Origin: Camelus dromedarius
Taxonomy: Eukaryota
Assembly (NCBI RefSeq): GCF_036321535.1
Contig: NC_087437.1
Coordinates: 63,242,001 to 63,306,000 of the forward strand
Reading direction: 5' to 3'
DNA length: 64,000 nucleotides
The translations under genes were made by a program, and so were the position numbers. Of the stretch, positions 26,501 through 38,954 are shown piece by piece. The notes beneath the pieces were generated by a model. That model did no database searches. It was not told the DNA's origin and was given only the letters and a program-made list of their open reading frames with translations. Position 1 is the stretch's first letter; each line of letters begins with the position of its first letter.

Positions 26501-28299
26501 GACTATACCATACTGCCTACCGTCAGAAATAAATTACCAAGTTCTAAACCAGAAAGAACTTGGAGAAGTAAAAGCGTTCATTCTCCAACATCTAAAAAGG
26601 ACCTCTAGTCCATCCGTTCTCAGGTTTTATTGATATCGACAGTCAGGAATATATTTTTTTTACATCTCACTTAATTTCTTTCCGTAGCTTCAGTTTATTC
26701 CAATACCGCTTCCATTCCCCAAAGGATTATCAAATATAGTTGGACAGAATGTGCTAGTAATTGAGTTATTGATGACTGGTGACCCAAGGATAAAGGAAAG
26801 CCTCCCAAATCTTATGAAGGTGCACCTGGATGTCACTGATATGTTCTAAAGTACTTAAGGTAGAAATAGCCAAATAAATGCAATATTATAAATATTAACA
26901 GCATTCCCTCTTCAGAACAACAAAGTCCTCTCAATACTCCCCAAGAAGTTCCTGGAAGATGATGTGACCAAAAGCCCAAATCATAATGGGGGAAGTAGAG
27001 GAGAATCAAGAAAGAAAGGTAAACACTGACTTAAGCACCATGTTTACATCCTGGAGCATTAAGCACAACATCAAAAAGTGGTGTTTTCCTTTGCTGCAAA
27101 AGAGAGCTCAGGAGGCAAGAGACCCTTCTCTTTTTAGGTGCCTGGCAATGCACAGACAGAGTGGGGATAGTTACCCAAAGAACTGTACACCAACATAGGT
27201 TGTCACCTCAAAATCTCCCTTCTCTATGGTCTAGACCTGATAATGTCCAGGTCCCTGTATGGGTGGAATGGGGTTGTCATCTGAGAGAAAAGTTTAAAGA
27301 ACTGTACAGTGAATACCGATATATCACCACCTAGATTCAGCAACTGCTTATATTTTGCCATGTTTGCTTTATCTATACTGGGGGGAGATGGTTTGTTTTG
27401 GTTTGGCTTTGACGAATCACAAGCTTTTTAAAAGATCTCTTAAAGAACAAATAACTTCATTGTATGAAAGGGCTAAAAACAATACCTCTGCTGAAGTGAG
27501 AAAATGAGTGTAGACAAGTGAGTGTTTCAGCAATTCAGAGGAGAGAGCTGGTCTGGTGAGCTATGAAAGCTTCCAGAAGAATGTGGGGCTCACACCTTGG
27601 AGAATGAGTTGCATTCGTAGAGTGGGGGTGCAGGAGTAGAACATGAGTCAAAGCACCCTTGGCTGGTGAGAAGAGCAGCCTGGCTGGAGTCTGTGTGAAG
27701 TACAGACTTGACCCTGAAGGAGGGAGTCACTGTAGGTTCATAAACCAGGTGCAATTAAATTAGTACAATCTACAAAGTGCGATCTGTCTGCAAATGCCAA
27801 TTTGGAGTGGGCATGAGAGAGCAGGATCCCAGGACCAAGAATGAAGGCCACTAAAGGGGTCCATGGGCCACATGCTGGGTCTCCTGGCCAAGGCCAGAGG
27901 CCCTGTGGATGAATACCATGAGCTAACTATGAAAGATAATTCAGTCAGGTTTGTTAGAAGAGAGAGATTCCTCGGAGACAATACCAAGGTTTTAAATATC
28001 ACGACTAGGAGAGGGAAGATGCCACTTACAGAATTAAGGAAGGCAAGAGGAGAGGCTGGTTTAGGGACTTGAAAAGGCAGAATTGAGTTTGAGGAGGACC
28101 AAAATTCAGGTAACAGCCAACACTCCAGTTAGAGATGTCTATAGACTCACAGGACCACCCCAAGTTCCTACTCTGAATGCTCAACAGAAAGACAGAGGTA
28201 GAAGATACTTCCACAACAGTCTCATTAAACTTCGCTTCTTCATTTTTTTCCTTTGAGTTTTAAAGAAAGAGGCTTCTCCTCCACTCATCAAAGCCACGC

Positions 28300-29750
28300 A
28301 TTTACTTCTTTTAGTGAACCTGCTCTTGTCCCACCTCTGCAACTATCTAACTCAACCATCAATCTTGCATCTTAGTCCTCCCTGCCCACAGGCTCTGTCC
28401 CTTCCACTTCCAAACCTGCTCTGACTCTTTGACAAAAAAATAAAAACTCCTTTTCTTGATACTAACATCCCTTCTGACTAGCTCCCTATCTCTTTTTCCT
28501 TTCACTGGTAAATTCTGCAAGTAAACAGTGTCTACCCACCACCCCAAGTTCCTACTCTGAATGCATCTTCAAATAATGTGCCCCAAGACCTCACAGGTGG
28601 CCTTCTTTTTATCACATTCAGTGACACTTAGTCTCCTCCTGTTCAACCTGTCTGCAGCCTGTCATCACATCAGAACCCACACCAACTCCCCGGGGTCTCC
28701 GAGATCAAGTCTCCTTTGCTGCCACTTCCTAGATAAGGGTTCTCCCCCAATGTCTAACTTTAGCCCTTTCCTCTTTCCTTCACCCCCTCCCTCTGAGAAC
28801 TGAGGCGTTCACAAAACTTCAGCTGTAGCCAGCCTTGCTACAGATGGTTTCCAAGCCCTCACCACAAGCCCTCACCCCCTGCCTGTGTTCCTAAGTCCCA
28901 CATCACCTGCAAAACACTTCCACCTGGATGCTCCTCAATCACTTCTAATTTTCCATGTCCAAAGCTAACAGCATTATCTGCGCTGCAAAACCAGCTCCTG
29001 TCTTAAACCAGAGTGCGTCATTCAGGACACTTGGTCATCTATGCTTTCAACCCAGCTATTCCCGTGTCCTTCCGAGCATAATTTTCTTTCCCCCCTACAA
29101 CTAGTTTGTCAACAAACTCCCACATTTCTGCCTTTGAAAAGTCTCCCAGAGTGGTCCCTGACTTCCTCTTTCTGCCATCAACCCAGACCAAGCCCCTTGC
29201 CATCAGTTCTGGATCACTTTTGCATCTCCCTGGATTCTTTCTCTCTTCTCCACTTCACCTGTCATATGACCCCCAGATTAACCTTTCCAACTACCACTTT
29301 CTTCAGGATGTGCCCTTGCTCAAGAACCTAAAATGACTCCCTACCAATCCTGAATCAAATCTAAACTCATCTCTTAGGCTTCCAAGATTCTCCCTATCTG
29401 GCCTTGCCCTACTCTCCCAACCCAGTTTCCCATTCCTCCCTACCCTACACCTCACCCTCCATCCCCTGGGGATACTCAAAGTCAATGCCTCTACCTCCCT
29501 GGGCTTTTGCCTGTGCTTCTCCTTCCAACCTCCATCTCCCCTTCAAGGGCTATTGTCAGTTCTACCCTCTGTAGTTCTGCCAACTTTTTATCTTATAGCA
29601 CCGTAATGTTCAGCAATTAATTAATCTATAATTGAGCAGTAATTGTAAATCCTCTTTTAAAAGTTCTTCACGGGTAGAGACGACTTTGAATATTTCTTTT
29701 GTATCCCACAGCACCCTGGACAGCAGAAGGCTCCTAGTAGGAGCTGAAAA
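28300..29750 (+). mobile_element. L2 LINE remnant including its 3' end
   Basis: CCACCTGGATG...CATGTCCAAA motifs and the terminal TTTGTATCCCACAGCACCCTGGACAGCAGAAGGCTC. Confidence 0.55.
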
Positions 29751-31120
29751 GTCCTGGTTGGTTTTCTACTCCAACTGATTTCTAGTCCCAGTTCTGGGTT
29801 CCCATATTTCCCCTTCTCTGCCTCATAACCATAATCAATAAAATTATTGTGACACACTTCCTCAGGCTTGGACCAGAAAATTCCAAGACGATACATCTAT
29901 AAAAATAATGGTCTGGGGTGTGTGTGTGTGTGTGTGTGTCTGTCTGTCTGTCCATGTGCATGCAGGGGAAGCAAGATTTAGGGAATCCAGCTTAATCAGT
30001 GGTCAAAAGATCTGAAATACCAAAATAATCAGAAGAGGATAAGTAAGGAACCAAAATGACAGAATTATTCGAAACATGCCTAATTAGAGGCAGAGTATGC
30101 CAGGGTTTTGACAATGCAATTGCCAATCTGGTCTTTGTGTGTGTAAAATTTTCCACCAGATAGTAGGGGGTAATCCTGGCACTAGCATCTTTGAAAATGT
30201 GTTCAAAGCTTTCTCAGTTGTTCAACTACATCAATTTATCATTTGTCCAGCCTACCAGGTGTAGTGTTGTGTTCCATAAAGATGGGGAATCCGAAGGGAG
30301 ACAGTTAGGAAATACGGGCTTTTCCAGGCTTAAGAATCCCCAGCAAGAGCCCAAGCTAGAGACTAGAAGGGGGTAAGTTCAGGAAGTAGAGCACAGAAGG
30401 CCATTCAGGGTGGGTGGTGGTCCCAGACCCTACCACAGGCAGCCTGCACCCCCTCTTACAACTTATTACAGGTCATCAGTCATTTCCAGCCTTATGTACT
30501 GAAGATTTCACCCTTCTCTGATTTTAAGTGCACATCAGACCTAGCCTCCCCCTCACCAGCAAGGCTGCCTGAGGAGGAAGGAGAATATCCCCAACAGGAT
30601 TCCACAGGAGACAGACCCAGTCTGCTATTTACTCTGTGATTTGAGCCAGAGCTAGACAATGTAAGCCCCACGATGTGTTTTGAAAGGCCCTGGGAAAAGT
30701 AACACATTGGACCATTAGAGGCTATTAACACCATTAACACTGTGTGAATTCATTTATCAGAAATTAGCAAGCCTCCAGAAAGTGAGATCTGCTCCAAGGG
30801 CCTGGGACAGAGAATGCACAGGAATCAGTGTTCGGATGGTAGGAAAGAGAGAGGAGGAGTGGAGGCCAAAAGATGAAAGTGGGTCCAGAAAGGGAAGGTG
30901 GGAAAGCTCACACTTCAAGAGTTTTCCCCAGAGCTAAGAAAAGGGAGACTTTTGTGCCAGACGGGAGCCAAGGTGGGGGGGGGGGGGGGAGTCAGGGAAG
31001 ACATGCTGGTGAGTGTTTCCAGGTATCTCTTAGCCCCCAGAACCTCTCCCCTTGATTATAAACTAAGGTGATAAACTCAGGGCAGGCACCTCTTTAGAAT
31101 CCATGCTTTGGTTCCTAGGC

Positions 31121-31211
<91 letters not shown>

Positions 31212-31245
31212 GAGAGAGAGAGAGAGTGTGTGTGTGTGTGTGTGT
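31121..31245. repeat. Compound microsatellite (GA)n(GT)n, present twice
   Basis: Read directly from the sequence. Confidence 0.97.
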
Positions 31246-32672
31246 TTGGGGGTGGGGGGCGTAGGGTGTATATTGGACCACACGTCTGGGAAAAAGGAAG
31301 AGGGAGAAGCAAGGCTGAGCCCTGGGAAGCAGGATAGGATAACAAGGGCTCCCTTTGCTTTCTCCAGGCCCTGGCTTCAGCTTCTTTTCTGTCCTCCTGC
31401 TCTTTTCTCTTCAGACCAATTAGAAAATGAACATATGGCCAACCAAGACGTCACTTCTAAAGCCACAAGTCTCCCCAACAAAGCACCCCACCCCTTCCGT
31501 TAGATGACCTCCAGGACAAGGCAATGAGGCTAGGAAGCAGATGGGTGCGCTGGGAGTCTTCAGAGCTAACCTGGTCCTCGACCCCTACCAGTTCATGTCC
31601 TCTGATCCAACTCACAGAAAGAGGGCAGATGCCCAGGGTCCCCATAACTTACTGGATTCCTTGGGACAAAAATTCCAGACAAAATGGTTCCAGACATGGA
31701 AGATGGGGAGCTCTATCTACCGAGTTGGTGAAAGCCACAGGTAAAGGGGAGATAGAGAATCCCTGGTCATCAGTGAAACAGGGCCACAGGTGGTGGGAGA
31801 TGAGGGTGGTCGGTGTCCGCTCTGGGAAAGGGACTGTGTAGCCAAGGAACATGAGGAGTTCTAGAACCTGGGTCTGGGAGGAGGCAGGAGCCGAGAACAG
31901 CTGGAAAGACAGATATGGGGGGTGCTCCACATACCACAGGCAAGCAAAGATTCAGTGGGTGTGTATGAGGGGGACGCTAACTCACACTTCCAGGAATGAG
32001 TGATTCTTACTTAAAAAAAAAAAAAAAAGCTCATCCGTTCCCAAAACTGGAGGAGAGGAGGACAAGGAGGAGGTCCCAGGCGCCCACCGCCCTCCCAGCC
32101 AGGTCTGCCTCTCAAGTCTGAGGCGCTGGCTCCCCACACACACCAAGCACGACCGTCCTCGGTCCGCTCCGCTCCTGACTGTCAGTCTGCAGCCTACACG
32201 ACTCCCGGTCCCCGCTGCCCCTCTGCACAGCAGAGCCCGGGGCCGCCGGCCCGAGAAAGGGTGCCAGCGCAGGGCGGCCGGAGCCCGGCTGACAGGGGCT
32301 GGGGGAAGGGGGGAGCCGAGGAAGGGGCGGGGGACGCCGGTAGCCGCACGCTGCAAAGTGATCCAACATCGCCCCATCCCCGCGCTCCGGGAGAAGGCAG
32401 CCCGAGGGGACCGCCTCCCGCCTCCCCAACACAGACTCCTGCAAGTGGGGTGAACGCCGAGGGGCACCGAGCTCCCAGCCCCCACTCCTCCCCCAAACGC
32501 GACCAGTATTGCCATAACAACAAGAATCTCGGCAACTCCAGCCCCGACGACGAGGGGGACTGCCCCCCAACACGCACACCCCAGCAACAGCCCTCCTTCC
32601 CCAAACTTGTCCAAGACGCCGCGTCCAGGGCAGCAGCCCCCCTCCCCGGCCCCCGCGCCCTGCCCAGCTTAC

Positions 32673-32745
32673 CTGTCCGGAAAAAGGCGTCCACGTCCGA
32701 GTCGGCGGCTCCTCCTTCCTCCGCTGCCCCCTCCGGGGGGTTCAT
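32673..32745 (-). CDS. KALRN: Kalirin RhoGEF kinase, first coding exon (alternative exon 1B); 24 codons plus 1 nt (phase-1 intron)
   Basis: Minus-strand translation from the ATG at 32745 gives MNPPEGAAEEGGAADSDVDAFFRT(G), which I recognise as the kalirin exon-1B N-terminus that continues GSFRNDGLKASDVLP in exon 2. It is followed directly by a canonical donor ACAG|GTAAG (plus strand CTTAC at 32668-32672) and sits in a CpG island. Confidence 0.95.
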
Positions 32746-32933
32746 GACTGGGGGAGGGCGTCCGCGGGCAGCCGGGGGCTGGCGAAGCCTGGGGCCAAGG
32801 GCTGCTTGGCGCCTGGTGGGCGGAGGGCGCGGGACGCAGCGGCCGCGGCCGCGGCCGCAAACCCGGCGGACACCGGGCTTCGAGGGCGGGCGGCCGGGGC
32901 GGCGGGGCTGGGGCAGAGGACGCCGAGGCTACC

Positions 32934-32984
32934 TCAGGCGGAGGCGCGAGGCGGGCTGGGGGCGCCTGCCGCTGGCTCCCCCAT
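32934..32984 (-). promoter_or_regulatory. Candidate upstream ORF (16 aa, MGEPAAGAPSPPRASA) in the KALRN 1B leader
   Basis: GGGACCATGG context (A at -3, G at +4), with a TGA stop at 32934, 188 nt before the main ATG. It is a uORF only if the TSS lies above 32984. Confidence 0.55.
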
Positions 32985-35900
32985 GGTCCCCCTTCCCCCG
33001 GGGCGCTGGCCGCCTGCGGTCTGGCCGGGGCCGGGGTCTGGGCTGCCTGGGCGCCCGCTCTCCCCTAGAAGAAGCAGCTGGCTCTCCTCCTCGCCCGTCT
33101 GCCTGTCTCTATTGTTCAGCCCTGCTCGGCTCTCCTCTTTATTTTTCCTCCTCCCTCCCACCCTCCCTGTCTCTCTACCTCCTCCCTCCCTCGCTCGCTC
33201 GCCCGCTCGCTCCCTGCCTCCCTCCCTCGCTCGCTCTCTAGCTCCCCCTCTGGCTCCGCCAGCGCCGCCGCCTCGCAGCTCCTCCCACGGCTCCCGCTCC
33301 TCAGTCCCGGACAACAATGACCCGGGCAGCGCTGAGCTCAACAGAAGCTCCGGCCCGGGCCGGGGGCTCGCCGAGAGCCCCCGGCGGCGCGGACGCCTCT
33401 CTCCCGCGCCGCCCCGCGCCGGTCTCTCCGGGAGCCAAGCTCGGGCCCCGAGCTATTGTTCGCGGTTACGCTAGGCCGGCTTCCTGAACCCCGCAGGAAA
33501 AGCCCCGGCGAAGGAGGCGGCCGGGGAGGGGGCGGGGCCGCCGGGCGAGTCCCGGGCTGCTGGGCGCACGCCGGGCTCGCCGAGAGGGCTCTACGCCCCA
33601 GCCCCGCGCGCTCAGCCTCGCCCCTCGCGCTGCCGGTGCTCGAGGCCTGGTGGCCGTCTCCTCCACCCACCCTATTCCCAGGTGTGTGCGCCCCCGCCCC
33701 CCCAAATTGCCTGTCCCCGAGCTGGACTGATCTGTCCCTAGAGGCTGGACTTTTTCCCCCTCCTTCGCGACAAGGTCTGTCCTGTCTCCGGCCTCTCCGG
33801 AGCCATTCGCATTTTCCTCACCAACTCACCTTAGTTTCTCTCTTTCTTAAGCTTTTTTCTTTTTACCCTTTTCAGCGCCCCTTTAAACATTTCTGCCTGT
33901 CTCTGTGACACCGCCAGGTCATTCCTCTTGCGGTGTGTCCCTGCCTATCTTTCCCTCCCTCCCTCACTCTCTTCTGTCTTTCATTTGTCTCTGCCCTGCC
34001 TCGGTACTTGGCCCGTATCTCAGCGCTCCTCTTGGACAGCTGTCAAAACTCCCTAATCTCCAGGGGCTGCTCTGTTTTGTTCTTCTCCCTCGTGTGAATG
34101 GAGCGATCCAGTTGGCCAGGAGAAAGGAGGTGTTACAGCAAGCTGAATTTCAATTAAAGTGGGGAGAGGGGATGGGGAGGAATGGGGAAGACCTCTAAAA
34201 AGAAAGCAGATGCTGTATGGGGTAATTAATGCAGTGATTGTATTGTGCCAATTGGTTTTTAAGCAATAATTAAACAATAATTAGCCAGTATTCTGTTTAT
34301 AGTCCCAGTGACTGCGAGCCTACAAAACAGAGGCTCTTTAGACATGAGCACTTAACGTGGTGTGTTGAGGACTGTTGCTGCTGCCTCATCCAGACAGATG
34401 GAGAGGCTGTGGCCTCACCTAATGTGTTAAAACATGGCTAATAGGAAAACCAGGTCTTAGTGTAAAGTTGATGACATGGGTACCCACCAGCTAGAATCTC
34501 CTGGATCTATTTGTCTCTGGTAACCTACTTGGTTCCACCTGTTTCCAGTCAAAGCAACTGGGACCTTTCCAGATCTAACAGCAAATATGATGAAGTAAAT
34601 AAGTTTTTAGTGAACCCTTTCTGGTTCCCTGTACTCCTTACTTTCTTTACTGAATGTCACAATTTTTTTTTAACCAATGGAAAAATAAGTACAGTTGTCT
34701 GTCCTCAGTCTTGGGTACATCTATCAGACCTCATTTCTTAAAAATTATGAATAGAGACTCTGACATCCAAAGTTCACTGCCATGAGATCTAATTCATCTG
34801 GTCTGATAGCTTCAACTGCCTTAAAGCAGCCAGATGCCCCTTATTTACCACCTCCTCTGACAATGAAAGTATTTTTCATTTGTCCTTTCTAAATTTTGCC
34901 TTCCCCTTAACCCTACGCCTAAACCCTGCCCTGCACTCCCACACGTGCACATGAAGACAGAGCCGCTATTAACCGCCACTATTGTGCACATAAAGAACAA
35001 GAGGCCTGGCAAGAGCATTAGCTCATCCCAAATTCAGAAGAAATATTGCAAGTTTAGAGAAAGGTTCATATCAAATTCTCAACAGGTGTGGACCAGAATG
35101 GGGGAAACCTTATGAAATGACTCAGACTTTAAGAGGAAATTTGTCAATTTCTATTAAGATTTTAAATGTACATAGCTATATTAATATCAAAGATTTCAGA
35201 GCAAAGACTGCTACGAGAGATAGAGACATTTCAGTTCATCAATTGGACCTAACAATCCTAAAAGTTTTTGTGTCTAAGAGTTTCAAAATATTTGAAGCAA
35301 AACTAATAGGACAAAATAAGGAAAAACAGGCAAATTAATAATTATAGTCAGAGATTTTAACATCTGTCTCAATAATTAACAAGGAAACAAATCAACAGTA
35401 AGGATAGGGAAGACTTGAACAATACTATCAACCAACATAACTGATATTTATAGAATGCTCCACTCAATAACAACAAATATACATTTTTTCAAGTGCACAA
35501 GTATCAAGTGCACAAGATAAACTATATGTTAAGCCATAAAACAAGTTTTGATATATATAAGAAGATTAACATCATGCAAAGTGATATGCAAATTATACCT
35601 CAGGTTTTTTTTAAATCATACAGTGTTCTCTGAGCACAATGGAATTAAATTAGAAATCAACAACAGATATACGAAAAATCCCCCAAACACCTGAAAACTA
35701 AAGAAGTGCTTCTAAATTACCTGTGATCAATTAAGAACCCAAAGGAGATAATAGAATTTTTAAGTGAATAAAAATGAAAACATAGCATATAAAAATATAT
35801 GGACTAGAGATAAAACAGTACTTAGAAATTTATAGTACAAAAAAACTATTTTGAAAAAAAAAAGTCTCAAATCAATAATTTCCTGTTCTACCATAAGAGC

Positions 35901-36649
35901 AAATGAAATACAAAGCAGAAGAGTAGAAAATTTAAAAGATCTGAGCAGAAAGCAATGAAATAGATAACAGAAACAAAGGAGAAAAACTAATGAAACTAAA
36001 AGTGGTTTCTTTGATAAGATCAATAAAATTGATAAGCCTCTAGCCAGACTGAAATAAGGAAACAGAGAGAAGACTCAAATTAGTGTCAGAAATCTGTCAG
36101 AAGTGACAGCACTATACATTATAGATAGGTAAAAAGAATAATAAGGGAATATTATGAACAATTTTATGCCAACAAATTTGACAACTTACATAAAATGGAC
36201 AAATTCCTTGAAAGACACAAACTACTACTAGTGCTCACTCAAGAAGAAATAGATAAATAATCATGTATCAATTAAATAAATTTGTAGCTTAAGAGCTTCC
36301 CACAAAGAAAACTCAAGACCCACATGGCTTGAATGGTGAATTCTGTGAAACATTTAAGGATGAGATAATACCAATTCCATACACTCTCTTCCAGAAAAAA
36401 TAAAGAGAGAATATTTCCCAACTATTTCTATAACATTACTGTGATGCCAAAATTAAACAAAGACCATATAAGAGAAAACAACAAAACTACAGACCACCAT
36501 CCTTCATAAGCATAGATGCAAAATTCTTAATATAATTTTAGCAAATCAAATCCAATAATATATAAAACAGGTAATATAACATGACCAAGTGGGTGGTCTT
36601 TTACCAATGTTGCAAGATTGATTCAACATTTGAAAACCTATCAATGTAA

Positions 36650-36850
36650 CAAGCTACTATATACAAAATAGATAAACAACAAGGTCCTACTGTATAGCAC
36701 AGAGAACTATATTCAATAGCTTGTAATAGTCTATAATGAAAAAGAACATATATATAAAACTGAATCACTATGCTGTACACCAGAAGCTAACATGACACCG
36801 TAAATCAACTATACTTCAATTTTTTTTTAAGTACAAAGAAAAAAAAGAAA
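36650..36850 (+). mobile_element. Short young L1 3' tail nested in the old L1
   Basis: Same tail family as 16303 and 54304. TSD GAAAA(C/T)CTATCAATGTAA at 36632-36649 and 36851-36868. Confidence 0.88.
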
Positions 36851-36877
36851 GAAAATCTATCAATGTAATTTACCATA

Positions 36878-37326
36878 TGTTGTGGATTAAATTGTGTCCC
36901 CCTGAAAGATGTTAAAGTCCTAATCTGAGGTACCTGTGCACATGACCTTATTTGGAAATAAAGTCTTTGTAGATGAAATCAAGTTTGCATAAGGTCATTA
37001 GGGTGACCCTAATCCAATGTGATGAGTGTCCTTATAAGAAGAGAAAAACTCTATGTGAACACAGAGACACAGAGAAAACACCATGAGACAACGGAGGCAG
37101 AGATTAGAATGATGCAGCTGCGAGTCAAGGAAGGCCAAGAATTGATGGCTACCACCAGAAGACAGGACAAGGAAGGAGTCCACCCAGAGTCACAGAGGGA
37201 ACAGGGCCCTGCTGACACCTTGATTTCAGACTTCTGGCCCTCAGAACTGGGACAGAATAAATTTCTGTTCTTTTAAGCCACCTAATTTGTGATGCTTTGT
37301 TATGGCATCCATAGAAAATTCATATA
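36878..37326 (+). mobile_element. MLT1 (MaLR) solo LTR
   Basis: TGTTGTGGATTAAATTGTGTCCCC start and GACACCTTGATTTCAGACTTCTGGCC...AATAAATTTCTGTT..TAAGCCACC motifs. 5-bp TSD CC(A/G)TA. Confidence 0.88.
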
Positions 37327-38435
37327 CCGTATTTAAAAAGAAAAACTATACAATCATTTCAATAAAGCAGGAAAGGCATTTGACAAAATACAATGTCTAT
37401 TTCTGATCAAAACTCTCAGCAAACTAGGAATTGAAGGAACTTCCTCAACTTAATAAACGACATCTACAAAAAACCTATGAAAATGAATATATGTATTTAT
37501 ATGTATGACTGAACTATTAGCTATACACCAGAAAGTGACACAATATTGTAAACTGACTATACTTCAACAACAACAACAAAAAAACACTATACTGAATGGC
37601 AAAAGACTAAATGCTTCCTCCCTAAGATCAGAACAAAGCCAAAATATCCACTCTCACTTCTGTTCAACATTGTACTGGATGTTCTAGCTAGTACAATAAG
37701 GTAAGAAAAAGAAATTAAAGGCATCCAAATTGAAGAGGAAGAGGTAAAACTGTCTTTATTCATAGACAACATGATTGCCTATTTAAAAAATCCATCAAAA
37801 TGCCAGTACAACTAATAATGTGTTTAGCAAGATTTCAGGATGTAAGATCAATATAAAAAATAAATTGTATTTTTATACACTAGCAATTAAGATTGTAAAT
37901 GGAAGTTTAAAAAAGCATCACCATATTAGCTTAAAAAATATGAAATATGAAGACTAAATCTGATAAAAGATATGCAAGACCCATGCATTGTAAACTACAA
38001 TATATTGCTGAAAGAAATGAAAGAAGACCTAAGTAAATGGAGAGATATACTGTGTCATGATCAGAAGACTCAAAATATTTGACATCTATTTTCTCCTAAT
38101 TGATCAGCAGATTCGATGCAGTCCCAATTAAGATTCCAGAAGGTTTTTTTGTAGATATTGACAAACTGATTCAATGCAAAGAATCTAGAAAAGCCAAAAC
38201 AAATTAAAAAAGAGGGAAAAAGTTGGAGGACTTACACTACCCAATTTCAAGACTTATTTTAAAGTTACAGTTATCAAGACAGTGTGGTACTGGTATAAAG
38301 ACAGATCAATAGATCAATGGAGTCCAGAAACAGGACCCTCCCCCCAATATTGTCAATTGCTTTGCAACAAAGATCAAAGGGAATTCAGTATAAAAAAGAC
38401 AGTCTTTACAATTGGTGCTTGAAAAACTAAAAACC

Positions 38436-38954
38436 TGTATTAGTTTTCTACGGCTGCTATAACAAATTACCACAAACTTAGTGGCTTAAAACAACATAAG
38501 TTTTATTATCTTAGTTCTGGAAGTCAAAAGTCCAAAATGGTTCTCACTGTGCTAAAATGAAGCTGATAGTAGGACCATGTTCTCTCTGGAGGCTCTAGGA
38601 GAGAATCCATTTCATTGCTTTTTCCAGCTTCCAGAAGCCAGCTGTGTTTTTTGGCTTTTACCCTCCTTTCTCCATCTTCAAAACCACCTACAGGCCTAGT
38701 CCATCACACATTGTCATCTCTCTAGTTCTCTCTTTGGCCTCCCTCTCCGACTTTTATGGGCCCTTGTGATTATACTGGGCCCACCCAGATTAATCTAGGA
38801 TAATCTCCCTATTTTAAGGTCATCTGATTAGCGACCTTAATTCCACCTGAAACCTTAATTCTCATGTAATTTGCTATGTAACCTAACATAATTGCAGATT
38901 CTGGGGACTGGGATGTAGACATTCTTGGGGAAGTGCATTATTGTACCTATCACA
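38436..38954 (-). mobile_element. MLT1 (MaLR) solo LTR
   Basis: TGTATTAGTTTTCT..GGCTGCTATAACAAATTACCACAAACTTAGTGGCTTAAAACAACA is the reverse complement of the MLT1 3' end. Confidence 0.88.

Larger units (their letters stand above)
1..32672 (-). other. KALRN: KALRN intron 1 (partial; continues beyond the window start)
   Basis: Begins at the GT donor after exon 1B. No exon 2 (SFRNDGLKASDVLPILKEK) or exon 1C peptide was recognised in this interval, which is repeat-rich non-coding DNA. Confidence 0.85.
32050..33800. promoter_or_regulatory. KALRN: CpG island containing the KALRN exon 1B promoter and 5' UTR
   Basis: Abrupt rise in GC and CpG density against CpG-depleted flanks, multiple GC boxes (GGGCGG), and a CT-rich tract near 33145-33250. 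The exact TSS cannot be read from sequence. Confidence 0.9.

Noticed and set aside
31063..31503. ORFs with ER/CV/HT/SL runs
   Set aside because: These are translations of the (GA)n(GT)n microsatellite.
32194..32672. Continuation of the 183-aa ORF beyond ...FFRT
   Set aside because: It reads through the GT donor into intron 1. Only the first 24 codons match kalirin.
31982..33908. Long overlapping ORFs on both strands (326, 222, 210, 155, 150 aa)
   Set aside because: Pro/Gly/Arg/Ala-rich products are expected from stop-poor CpG-island DNA and show no recognisable domain.
34905..34933. Short CCCTAA-like stretch (and TTAGGTTAGGG near 63224)
   Set aside because: Only 2-4 degenerate hexamers, compatible with chance.
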